Positions 39,801 through 51,800 of a stretch of 64,000 nucleotides of DNA are shown in pieces (the first letter of the stretch is position 1; each line of letters begins with the position of its first letter). The translations under genes were made by a program, and so were the position numbers. The DNA comes from Podarcis erhardii (lineage: Eukaryota). The stretch lies in assembly GCA_964252035.1 (NCBI GenBank), contig OZ176206.1, one strand, 5' to 3'. Below the pieces are notes generated by a model. It was not told where the DNA came from and searched no databases. It saw nothing but the letters and a program-made list of their open reading frames with translations.

Positions 39801-42800
39801 GCCTTTGTTTGAGTCACAGCATCTCAGGGATTTAAGCAGTACCCACAGTAGCAGGTTGTAAGAAACTGGAACTCCAGCTGATGATACCTGGGCCATGCTT
39901 CCCTTTCAGAGATGCGCTGGAGGCAGCTGTTGCACTTTACAATGGAGTGGACGAGGGCATCCATCAGCTGGTGATGATGTCAAACAAGCGCATCCAGGCC
40001 CTGGAGTTGGTGATAGACTTTGGAGCCTTTGAAGAAAGCTTCCGGGAGGTTTGTTGACATTTTTCTGGCAGCTCAGATGGATTTACAACCCAATCCTTTT
40101 AACTGCTGTGCTGGCCAAAAACTATGCACAGTCAGGCTCAGGGGTTGGTGTTGACAGTGAAGCAGAACGTCCACTAAACAGCACCTGGGATGGCTGAAAT
40201 TAAATCTTGATGGGGCTGAAATAGTGTGATTGGCAGGCCTTGGGCCAATGGGAGTTTTTTTCACCTCCTTTGGCCACTCAGTCTTGTAGCCTGGGGTTGA
40301 GGTTGATTGGCTGTGATCCATCACTGGAGCAGGTTAACACCACTTGTTAAAAAGGCTTGTATTTTAGAGGTCAGTAGATAGATGTGCATCCTGCATCCAG
40401 TTTGGACTCATGTTTTCTGTTAATGGAAGAGCAGTGGGACAGGGCCTTTCCCTGGGCTTGGCAGGTAAGGTTCCCAAAAACATCCATGATATAAGGACTG
40501 TGCTAGCAGCATGAGCAGCAGCATCTAGGAACTCTAGGAGCAATGTGAAGTGCCACAATTGCACCGTCCCAGTCTCTGGAGTCAAGAGACCTCATACTCA
40601 AAGTTTTGAGCAAAGAGCTCCAGAGCCCGCCCTCTGTCATTACAAGCATATGGATTTATTCATTCTAAGTATTTTTATGTAGCCAAGTTCTCAAGGCAGC
40701 TTACAACACAAAACAGGATAAAAATAAACAACACGAAAAGAGATCAAAATCTGAAAGTAGCACAGAATCACATGGCAGAGATTAAAAATAATAATAATCT
40801 AGAAGGCTAAATGATTGAGAGGAGAGGAGATTCCCTTAAGTGGGAGGTGGAGGAGGCACCACTCATTCCCTAGGAGACCAAAGGGCGGGGCGACTCCCAT
40901 TCTTTCCAGGAACAGGAGTGTGTGGTTTTGCTCTCTGAAGGCGGAGAGGCTTCTTCTTGGCCTTGATCTACCTTTTTGCCTCTTGTAGGTCAGCAGATGG
41001 ATGGAGAATGTTGGTCAAACACGGCTCACGGAGCTGAGTGAGCTGGATGGTTCTTTGGAGGTCTTGCTTAAAGCACAGAGGCAGTTCCAGGACTTTGAGC
41101 TCATTGCAAGTGTAAGTCCTCTCCCGACACTCTCTGCACAAATCCACAGGCTGGCTGCTTTGTTTAGAGGCAAACACTTTTTCATTAATATATCATATCC
41201 CAAGGCTGAGCAGTGACATGAAAAGAGGTTCTGGGGCTAAGCCCTAAAGAACCTTGGCTCAAAGAAAACTTTCATTGTACATTGGTTGTGCCTTGGTGAA
41301 CTTTAGGATCTGCAGGCAGGACTCTGCATGGGCAACTGCAGTGGGTCCTCACTGGAGACTGGGAGTCTCCTGATTTTTGTATGCATATGTGTACATACAT
41401 ACCTCAGAACCAGTGATGGAAAGATCTGTCCACTTTAGCTCTCTTGGGCTTTATCTGCACATCCATTTGTTCCATGTTCTTCTGCTTGTTGCAGTGCAGA
41501 TTAGTACTGCCACAAGTTTGTGCGGGATTCTGGGTTCCCATGCCACATCTTCCTCCATGCTATTTCAAGGAGGCATCGGTGAAAGAGGAACACTCGCACA
41601 ATGTGCCACAAGGGAAAATGAGTGTTTTTCTGTTCAGGTGCCCAAAAAAGGATTGGATCAGAAGGGGAACAAATTTCTATTTGGTCTTAAAGGGGGTTTT
41701 CTTTTGTTCTAACACAACAATAAAAAGCATGGCTTATTTTGGGGTTTTGTTTTGTTTTGCATTTCTACATTGGGATATAAATGAAAAGCTTTTGGACAAG
41801 TGTTACTGATTTGATGCAAATTCTAAGAAACCGCAGGGCAAACAGGCCCTTACTTTCTCATTTTTCCAATCTCAGATTCAGTTCTCCACATTTCTGCAGC
41901 AGTTTGCATTAAAAAAAATATTAATGGACATTCTTCAGCATTTAGTGCAAATATATCCTAATAAATACATTATTAAATGCAGTTTAGACTAATGCACACA
42001 TTTTTGTGAGTGATTTCATTTAACATAATGCCCTTTTGTATGTTATTTTTTTACTAATATAGTCCATGTTTATGTGCCCTTTCTCCTCATATATGCATAT
42101 ATGTAAACATTGATTGGGGAACAGCACAAAATTTGGATAAGCATGAATTTCAAAGGATTGTTCTGTGTTTCAATTCTCATAACATTTTGGAAACTGCAAA
42201 TATGATTGATTTGGCTTTAAATGTCAACTGAATCAAATTTCTTCTCCATTGCTGCTCAGAACTCATCTTTATTTCCTTGCAACAGTGTTGGAGTGGAAGT
42301 AGCAGGACACTATTCCCCCTCCCTTATTCCAGTCTGTATTGCAATGTGCTTAGAGATTTTGCTTGCGATGGCACTGAAGACTCTTGGCAGCAGTTAAAAG
42401 GGCTGTTGTGATGTCATGAAATTTTGACAAACATTCTAACTTCTAGTAGAACTGAGAAAAAAATACAGTAAGAGTAAGCAGCTGTGCAAGCAATGGTAAG
42501 CAATGCTGCACAGCTAGATTCAGCAGAAGAAACCATAATAAGATGTTAAAGAGGACATTTGAACAATATAGAGGAAACTATGCACTCTAGCCAAGTGACA
42601 AGAGAGGTTACATCACCACCTACTGTTAGAGCAGGCCAGTTACACCCTTAGTCGCCTTTGACTGGACTTAACCATCCAGGGGTCCTTTACCTTTTTACCT
42701 TACACCCTTAGTAACTTGTCTCTCCAACATTAACCCCTGAGAGCAAGAAAAAAACCAGCTATCGAATACTTGCAAATAGTCTTCTGAAAGGGAAATGAGA

Positions 42801-45800
42801 AGTACGTTAAGGAGGGATTGAAACCTTCAAAAGACTTCCCCGTAGCGGGGATACTAGGAACTGGGGCTGAAGTGCAGCAGAACTTGGAGCTGTGGGGCAG
42901 CCAAGCCAGCACTAGGAGAACAGAGCAAGCGACGCAGTGAAAAATGTCTTGGGGGCAGTTCTCGTCTCTATTCAGGAATGGAGGTTTCCCCTGCATTTGC
43001 AAGCCCTATGCCTGGGTGGCTTAGCTTCTTGTGAGGAGGAAAGATGAGATGGATTTTGGCAGGAACATTTCTTGCCTGCAGTGCTGTGGCATATACACTG
43101 GCTGCCTCTTATTTTTCTTTGTCATGTACCCCCAATCCTCCACACACATGCACATTGCTAGGCAAAGGGCCCATAGTGCTCCCATGATCTTCAGGACTAC
43201 AACTTCCATCATCCCTGATCTTGGACATCTAGGGCTGTTGGGAGTTGTAGTCTGGAAAGGCCACTTTCATGCATCTCTGTCCCATGTTGAGACCCCCTCA
43301 GCTCAACCCACCTGGTCTTTGGCCACATTTTACAGCCTTTCCAGAGGTTGGTTAGTCATGATGATTCCACCAGGCAGGCCTATATGACCAGGGCTGGTCC
43401 TCATGCCAAGAAAGGTCCCAGGACCACATTGGAATAGTCAGCTTAATCAGCCTTCAGGTTCTTTGCAACACCAGGAGAAGCTGCATGTATCCACCAGAGG
43501 CGATGCAATGATTTGCTGTTGGGCTTTGTTTCCAGGAATATTGCCGAAGGGGTTGGGAATCTCTGAGAGAGATGGACAAGTGGGAAGATGCTTCCTCTGC
43601 TGAGCTGCACGCAGGGTGTCGTGTCAAGTTGCAGATGTACAGAACCCAGTTCCAGAGGTTCTGCAGCCAACTGGAGGCCAGCAGGAGCCGGATAGGCCAG
43701 ACCATCAAGCTGTATGAATTCTTTGACCAGGTGAGTTCTGTAGAGGGAGACAGATGTCCCCTAATGTAACTTCTGTTCAGATTCACTGCCATGCTGTGGC
43801 TTGCACTCTCTCTGTGTGTGTCTTAGCATACGGCATTTATTTGCCACAACAGAAGTTGAGCTTAGTCATGGATCCTTGTTTGGATGCTTTTTAGCCTGAA
43901 AGCAATCACAGCGAGACTTTGAGTATGAAAATAAGAGAGCTATGTTTATTATAGGACATGCATGCTTGATAGCTAGAATTGGGAACTCTTTCCTAAGGGC
44001 TCATTTACACTTCCTTTGCCCTGCCACTTTCCCCTGCAAAAACCTGTGGCTTAGCACTGAACCAGAACAAAGGGCAACTGGGTTTTCTGCACATTGCTCT
44101 TTGTTCCAATTTTGTGCCAAAGAGCGGGCTTTCCAGGGGAATGAAGCAGGACAAAGGCAAAACAGCTACGGCCTGTGCCTAGAAAGCCGGAGACAATCAG
44201 AAAATCACTTGGACTGTCTAGACACAGGACAAGCAGAAGTGTGGACGAACCCATCCCCATGCCATCTTACTGGCCTTAATAAGCTGAGTTGCATCCCAGC
44301 ACTTCCAACAGGTTCAACAAAAGTCAGGCAGCTGACACCCCTTCCCTGCTTCAAGAGAGATTTGGGACTAGAGGTCATATTCTGTGTCTTGGCAAGTGGC
44401 TGGGCGGCGTTGAGGCTTCTCAGAAAACAGTCCTACTTTCTGTACTTAAAAAAGAAAAAGCAAGATTCTTTGCCAAAGAATCACAGGTTACATTCCATAG
44501 TTCCTAATTCCAGTCATGGAAACGCATATGTCACTCATGGAGGCTTGATTCCTCTTGGCTGAATGTGTGAACTGCCTTTGTTGAAAATGATGGCATTTGA
44601 GTCCTGCCAGTAAAGTTTGATCTGTGGCGACTCATTCACCTGTACAAGCCACCACTGGTCAGCAAGTAGTTCAAATGTCTCAGGTTGGGGGTAGGTTATA
44701 ATAGTAGTCATTCTAATTTCCTGAAAAGAATGGGAGACTGTGTATCTCCTATAAGCAAGGACAAAAGAGCTCCAGGCACCCCTGAGCGGAGGTGGGGTGG
44801 GGGTGTTTGGGTTGTTTTGGTGCCTGTCTCTGTAAGAGCTTTTTTGCTTAGGAGCAGTAATGGAGTGCTGTCCCTCACAGGCCCTGGAGCCTCTCCTCCT
44901 CCCCCCACTCTTGTGCTGACTCCAACCCTTCTCTCCAGCACCCCCACCTGCCCCCTTCTTCCATCTGGCACTTCAGCAGGGAGCATTTGCCTGTGAATAG
45001 GCTGGCTCTTTGACTGGAGCCCCCTCATTGGTTACTTTTGGGATTGGCTTTGGCTTTGGCTGCAGAGGAGACAGGAGCGGGACTTCCATTGGGCTTTACA
45101 CTTTTGGTGGTTCACCCTGTGCTACAGAGCCTCTTGGCAGAAGGATGAAGGTATGCTGGAGCTTCTTTCCTTTGTCTTGCAGGGGGTTCATTTCTGAGGG
45201 GATACTGTTTCTCTCTCTTAGCTGCTTGGGGGTGTCAGTAGCAGGGAGAAGAAAAGAAAGGAGATGCAGCCTCCCATGCAAAGTTAACCCAAATAGGAAG
45301 CAGAGGAGCTTGTCGTCTTTGGGGGAGTGTAGAGTTCACCCAGGATGCGGGAAGGCCTCCCCCCACTTTTTTTTTTCAAACTCTTGCCTTTTTTCTTGGC
45401 TGGTCAATTTGTCATCTGTGATGAGGGAAGGCAAAGAGGGAGGAGCAGCTGGCACCCAGGAACAATCACCCCAACTTTGACTGATAGAAAATGCTCTCCC
45501 ATGAAATTAGGGGTGGGGAACTTGTGATCCTCCAGATGTTGCATGGCCAATGATCAGAGATGAGGGTGGGGGCTGCAGCCCAACAACTTCCGGAGGTCCG
45601 CAGGTGTTCCCTCTGTCTCAACATTAAAGGCTCAGGGCAGGCTATCTGCGCTTTCTTTTGCACCAAGTATATAGATACTAAAAATGTTTCCTAGCCAAGC
45701 ATTGTCTTTGTTAATAAGTAAAAATATAAGGAGGCCTTTTGGGGAAGTATCAGTGTGGAACTCTGATTGCACTGTATGCTGGTGTATCTGCATGAGTAAA

Positions 45801-48800
45801 AGGAGAGGATGGGGACCACAAAACTTCCTAGACTGTCCCTGTGCTGACTTGTTGATCCTGCTTCTGTGTTAAACTGATACTCTAAGGGCTGCTGGCCTCA
45901 CATCCTCTTCACCTTCCTCCTCCTCCTCCTCCCAACTAAACATTGGGAAAAATGGTGTAACAGTAAGAGCTGTCCAACAGAGAAACAGGCTGCCTTGGAA
46001 GGTAGTGGACTCTCCTTCACTGGAGCTTTTTAAACAGAGGTTGGGTGGCCATCTGTCAGGAATTATTTAGCTGTGATTACTGCATTGCAGTGGGTTGGAT
46101 TTGATGACCCTCAAGATCCCTTACAACTCTGTGATTCTTATCTCTTTTGTGCCACGGAAACTGGAGACAGGGAGCATCAGAGTTGCAGATGCAGCCTGGG
46201 CTTGCAGATGATTTTCCAGCCCAGCTGGAAATGCATGTCTAATGAGGGAGCCTGCACACATCCCTTGCTCAGCCTGCTCTGTTCAAAGTGGCAGGCCTCA
46301 GACTCTTGGCATCTGCTCTTCTTTTCAGCCCACAACCCCCCCCCCTTGGGGGCTGGCCTTGGAGTTCTCTGCATGTCTGCAGTGGGACCAGTATTGTGAG
46401 CACAGGACTGGACATAGCAAGGATATGCAGAGTTCTTTCATGAAGACACTTTCTCTTGTAGGCCCTGTTTTATTAGTCCCTTGTGTGGGATGCTGTCTCA
46501 GGCTGTAAAGGCCAGCCATTGGCTGGGAGATTATGGAACCTCCCCCCCCCGCGTCCTTTAAACTCTACATTTATGGGCTGTATTGTGTTCAGGGTGGGGG
46601 TGGGGCGGTATATGCGATCACACTTTCAGTGCTATTTGCTCCTGCAAAAGTTTTGAGGTGGGCAGACTGCTCAGTATGCTCTGTAGCTTCCTGTGGAAAT
46701 CTTGTGACACAAATGTTCTGGGTGGGGGGGTTCCTGTCCTACTTTTGCAATGCTGCCCTCTAGACAACAATACCAGAGCAACACTTGGGAAAGTATTACA
46801 GAACAATTAATAAAGTAGAATAATATGTGGACTCTCCACATATGCTACAGAATGCACTCCCATCCGCCCAAAATACCCACTACAGTCTGGCAACCAAGAT
46901 GGCATTCATGAGGACCTAAGTCCTGCTCAGCACTCCTTACTTTGTTTCTGACAGGCTTTGGCTGCACTGTGCTCTATTTCCATCTCCCGCTTACATTTAT
47001 TCAGAATCTGGTCCAGACTAGAACCAACCAGGCCTAACCTGGAAGAGGGGGTGAGGAACAACGAAGCCAATCATCTGAATGGACGTGGGAGTGGCCTCAC
47101 TGAAGCAGAAGAGACAGCCATAGGCTACTGCATTTCTCACCACCACCAGCCCCCAAAAGCCTTTCTTGGAAATTGGCAAAAGGGGGTCACTTTTATTGAG
47201 ATGCGAGGCAATGTTCTGCACTAGCTCTCACTTCAGAGTTGGTTGCAGGAGCGATCTTTGTTCCAATGCAGTTATGTCTGAATTGCGGTGTGCAGGGGGT
47301 CATGTTTTGCATTCACAGCTTGCCCACTTGTGCTATTCTTTCAGGCTGAATCCCTCCTTTGGCTTAACCCTACTCCATATCCGCCAGAGCTCTCCACATT
47401 CCCTCTGGGGACAGTTGTTTTCAGTTTGGGGCTGAGGCAGGGGTAGGCAACCTAAGGTCCGTGGGCCGAATGTGGCCCAATTGCCTTCTAAATCTGGCCC
47501 GCAGACAGTCCGGGAATCAGCGTGTTTTTACATGAGTAGAATGTGTGCTTTTATTTAAAATGCATCTCTGGGTTATTTGTGGGACATAGGAATTTGTTCA
47601 TTCCCCCCCCCCGAAAAAAATATAGTCCGGCCCACCACATGGTCTGAGGGACGGTGGACGGCCCATGGCTGAAAAAGGTTGCTGACCCCAGGAGGATTCC
47701 ACACACACAAGGCGCCCTCTGGTGGCACCCTCTGACTACACACACACACACACACACCAACACATACTGCTTTCTTGGTGGTGGTGGTGGTAGGAGAGGG
47801 GGATACCTCTCTGGAACAACTCCCCACAAATCTATTGTTGGGCAGAGTATTGGTGGGTGTGGGGCATGCTGGGACTGATCCTGCCACATTGATCTTCCCA
47901 CTACAGGCAGCAGGCCAGTGCACCCCCTGCACTCTGCTTGGGGGCCATTTCCAGTCTTATGTCTTTGTTGTCTGTAGAGTCAGCCAATTCCCCAGTCCTA
48001 GCAGTCCACGTGATACTTGACACACATGTTTGCACACACAAGATTCTAGAGAAAACAAATGAAAATGAAGCAGGAGAGAAAAGGTGGAGTGGGGGGCAGA
48101 GGAAGGCACATGGAAAAGCTTGATGTGGCTTTCAGACTGTGGACAAAGAAGAGGAGGGCCTTTCCCAAACAGCTCCAAGTGCCACATTTCCTGGGGAGGG
48201 CCTGAGCAAGCCAAGCTGCTGCTGCCTCCATCGCAGCCTGGCAGCCGTGCCTGGCAGTCAGTCAGGCTGGTGACAGGGCCTAGCCTCAGATAGAGAGCCT
48301 CTTGTTGTGGCCTAGCTGCAGAGGCCTGTGGACCCCACCCTCCTTCCTTCCCTCCACTGATCGCTCTTTCCTTGTCCCACCCCTACAGGCCTACGAATGG
48401 GCATTGGAGGGCATGCGCCACCTTTCCAGCATCAGCACAGAGGAGGGCAGCTCCCTTGAGGATTGTGCTTCAGCTCTCAGGAGTCTGGAGAGCTACAAGA
48501 GACAGCACCCAGAAATCAGTAGTGCCAGATTCCAGGAGATGAAGGAGCTGGCATGCCAGCTGAAGAGCAGCCGTGCCCTGAAGCAATGGCAGCTAGCCTG
48601 GTCCAAGTGCCAGGAGACCATGCTGGGCTTTGAGATGAAGCTGGAAGCTGCCCTGAGGACCAAGAGTTCTCTGTGCCCTCCTGACTTGAAGCTATCACCT
48701 GAGGGAGAGCTCAGCCAGGAGGGCAGGCCGCCTTTGGAGGGGCCACTCCCCTTCCGTCTTCCTGGGTGGACTGGGGAGCAGGTTGTGCTCCCAAGCCAGG

Positions 48801-51800
48801 TCATTCCAGAGGCTTCTAAGAAGGAGAAGGTCACCCTGGAGAGCATTGTGGAAGTCCTGGAGGCAGGACCCTCCCGCCCCTCCACCCCAGCCTCTGGCCA
48901 GCAGCCATTCCCCAAAAGGCCCCTGAGGAAGGCCCAGAGTTTTGACCTGCCCTGCACAGAGGGACTGCGCTCTGGCTGCCAGCGGACTCTGAGTGAGCCA
49001 GCCCGTTATGGCAACACCGGCGTCTTCATCAAGGGGCTGGAAGTGAGCAGTACTGAGCATGTGGCCCGGCAACACCTCGGCCCAACCAGTTGGGCACCTG
49101 GCGGCTTGCAAGTGGAACAGAGGAGCAGCCTCTCCATACCAGAGGCAAAGAGCTTGGGCAGGTAGGTATGGATGAGGTCGGAGTATCACCTGCTAACAGC
49201 CGTCCAAGTGGGGCTGTGGGCAGATCCAGTCAGAAGCCTGTTTAACAGCCAGTCCCTTTGGAACTCCTCATTCAGGGAGGTGGGTGTTCTCAGCTTGTCA
49301 ACAATCTACTGCCAGGCAGTTAAAGTGGAGTAGCACCAGCATATGTTTGTAGTGTAGATGTTCCCTGTTATTTAATTCTGGGGAGGGAGAATGAACCAGC
49401 AGGGAGTCAGCTGGCAGAGCAGTTGGCAGCATAAGCATGGAGCACTGTTCAAAAAGGCAAGAAGAAACTGGTGGGGTTGGAGAGACGTCTCTTTGGGCAG
49501 ATGCAGATTAAAAATGCTTCAGGGATGTGTTTTTATCTGCAGCCATTGGGGAAGAGCTTGTTTTTCCAAGCAAGCTGGTAGGCTCTCCCTCTGGCTCCAC
49601 AGACCTTGAAGAATGAAGCCTCTTCTCACCATCCTCCAACTTTGCTCCTGGCTTCCTCTCTTGCAGCAAACTGCGGCACATCATTGAAGAGATGGTGATG
49701 ACTGAGCAGGAGTACGTCCGGTCCTTGCGCTACATCATTGAGAGCTACTTCCCTGAGATGGAGCGGCTGGACCTGCCCCAAGACCTGCGGGGGAAGCGGA
49801 GCGTCATTTTTGGGAACCTGGAGAAGCTCTACGACTTCCACAGCCAGTACTTCCTGCGGGAACTGGAGAACTGCTGTAACCACCCGCTGCGGGTCAGCCA
49901 CTGCTTCCTGAGACATGTAAGGGAGAAACTCAGGCAGGGCTGGGGAGGGGCTGATTGCAGGGAACTTTGGTAGGTGGGCAGGCCGGCCGGCCTAAGGGTA
50001 AGGATTCGGGCTCCCAAGGGGAAATGCCCTTGAAATGCCCGCCCATAGCGCCAGTGTTTCTGGCTCTAGGTCCAAGGACCACTGCAGGAGCAGGAGGGAG
50101 AGGCAGTCAGGCAGACGAACAAGGCCTGCTGAGAGGATTTTGCAAAGGGGAAGAGGATAAAGGAGAGTCAGCAGGAGCCCCAGTGCAAGCTGAAGGCCTC
50201 CAGGATGGGGCCTCCACTATCTTCTCTGGACATGGCCTAGCCTGGGCCTGCTATCACCTTTGGAAGCATGAAAGCCTGCAGGCTTTTGTGGTGGCGGTGC
50301 CCCATTCTCCTTGACGCCCAAGCTCTGTATTTTGTGTCCGTGTGCTTGTGGCCAATCCCTTGACAGAGTCTGTGGCCTCCCTTTGTGGGGGGCCTGTGTG
50401 CTTCTAACCCTTTTTGCAGAAAGATCAGTTTGGGATGTATGCTCTCTACAGCAAAAACAAGCCCAAGTCTGACTCGCTCCTGGCCAGCCGTGGGAACTCT
50501 TTTTTCAGGGTAAGTCCTGCCCCCTCCCAGCAACCCCTTCCAGGCGTTGGGCTGGAGCAGAGTGGCCCTTGGTCTTTCCCTGGCTCCAGCCACTCAGCTC
50601 CGCTCTCCTGCTCTGGCCTCCAGCTCAAGCAGATGCAGCTGGGGGACAAGATGGACTTGGCCTCCTACCTGTTGAAGCCCATCCAGCGCATGAGCAAGTA
50701 CGCCCTCCTCCTGAAGGACCTGATCAAGCAGTGTGGGGAGGCTCAGGAGCAGGAGCTGGCCTACCTGCAAGCCGCCGAGGAGATGGTGCGCTTCCAGCTG
50801 CGTCACGGCAATGACCTCCTGGCCATGGACGCCATCCGGGACTGTGATGTGAGTGGGCTGGGAGGAGGAGGGGGCAGGGGAGAGGAGCGGATTCCTGCCA
50901 GGATCAGCACCAGCTGAGCTCCTGGCTGCCTCCACATCTCCTTGATCCCATGAAAAGGGATCTCGGGGCAGCAGCCTCACATCCTGGAGTGCAAGGCAGG
51001 CTAGAAACAGACTGCTCTGGGCAGGAGGAAGAGGGACTCTGGCATCAGAGGCCTCTCAGGCTGCCCTTGGCGACAGGGCACCTGCTGCTTGTCCCCGTGG
51101 CTCGCAGTCCTCTACTCCCATGTACAACTGACATCATCCCCCGCCCCCCCAAATGTTGCCATTCCAGACCTTTTTGCAAATGAATGAATGGTTTCTTTGC
51201 CCAGGTGAACCTCAAGGAGCAGGGGCAGCTGGTGCGCCAGGATGAGTTCAGCGTCTGTCTGGGCCGCAGGAAGTGCCAGCGCCATGTCTTTCTCTTTGAA
51301 GACCTGATCCTTTTCAGCAAGCCCAAGCGGGTTGAGGGGGGCCTGGATGTCTACATCTACAAGCGCTCCTTTAAGGTAAGGCTGCCCACTGCTGCTTGCG
51401 AGTGCTGCTGCCTCTCCAAGAAACTAAAATGGCACCAGATAGGGAGGGGGATGCCTTCTTCACAGGCTGGGGGGGAGCACGATGTCGTCACACATTCAGG
51501 CAGCCAGTTTTATCAGCTGCCTCAGGCAGACCTGCACAATTTTTGATACATCAAGGTGTGTACATGCATTGCAACCAGATGCTCAGCTAGCCAGTAGGCA
51601 GTGGCACTAGGTTTTTTCTGGAGCCCACGTGCAGCTTGTGGACTGTGAGTTGGAGGGCAGGGCTTTCACACCTTCATGTTCCCAAGTACATCTTACGTCA
51701 CCTTCCCTGTCAAGCTTACCAAGGCTGAACTTTTCAGAGCGAACTTCTTTCCCATTTGTAAGCACTAAATCAAACCACACCACTGAGGTGGATCATCATG

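Noticed and set aside
43942-44562. 206-aa plus-strand ORF in intron 13
   Set aside because: Not protein-like, overlaps repeat-like sequence similar to ~36430-36560, and exons 13 and 14 already join in frame.
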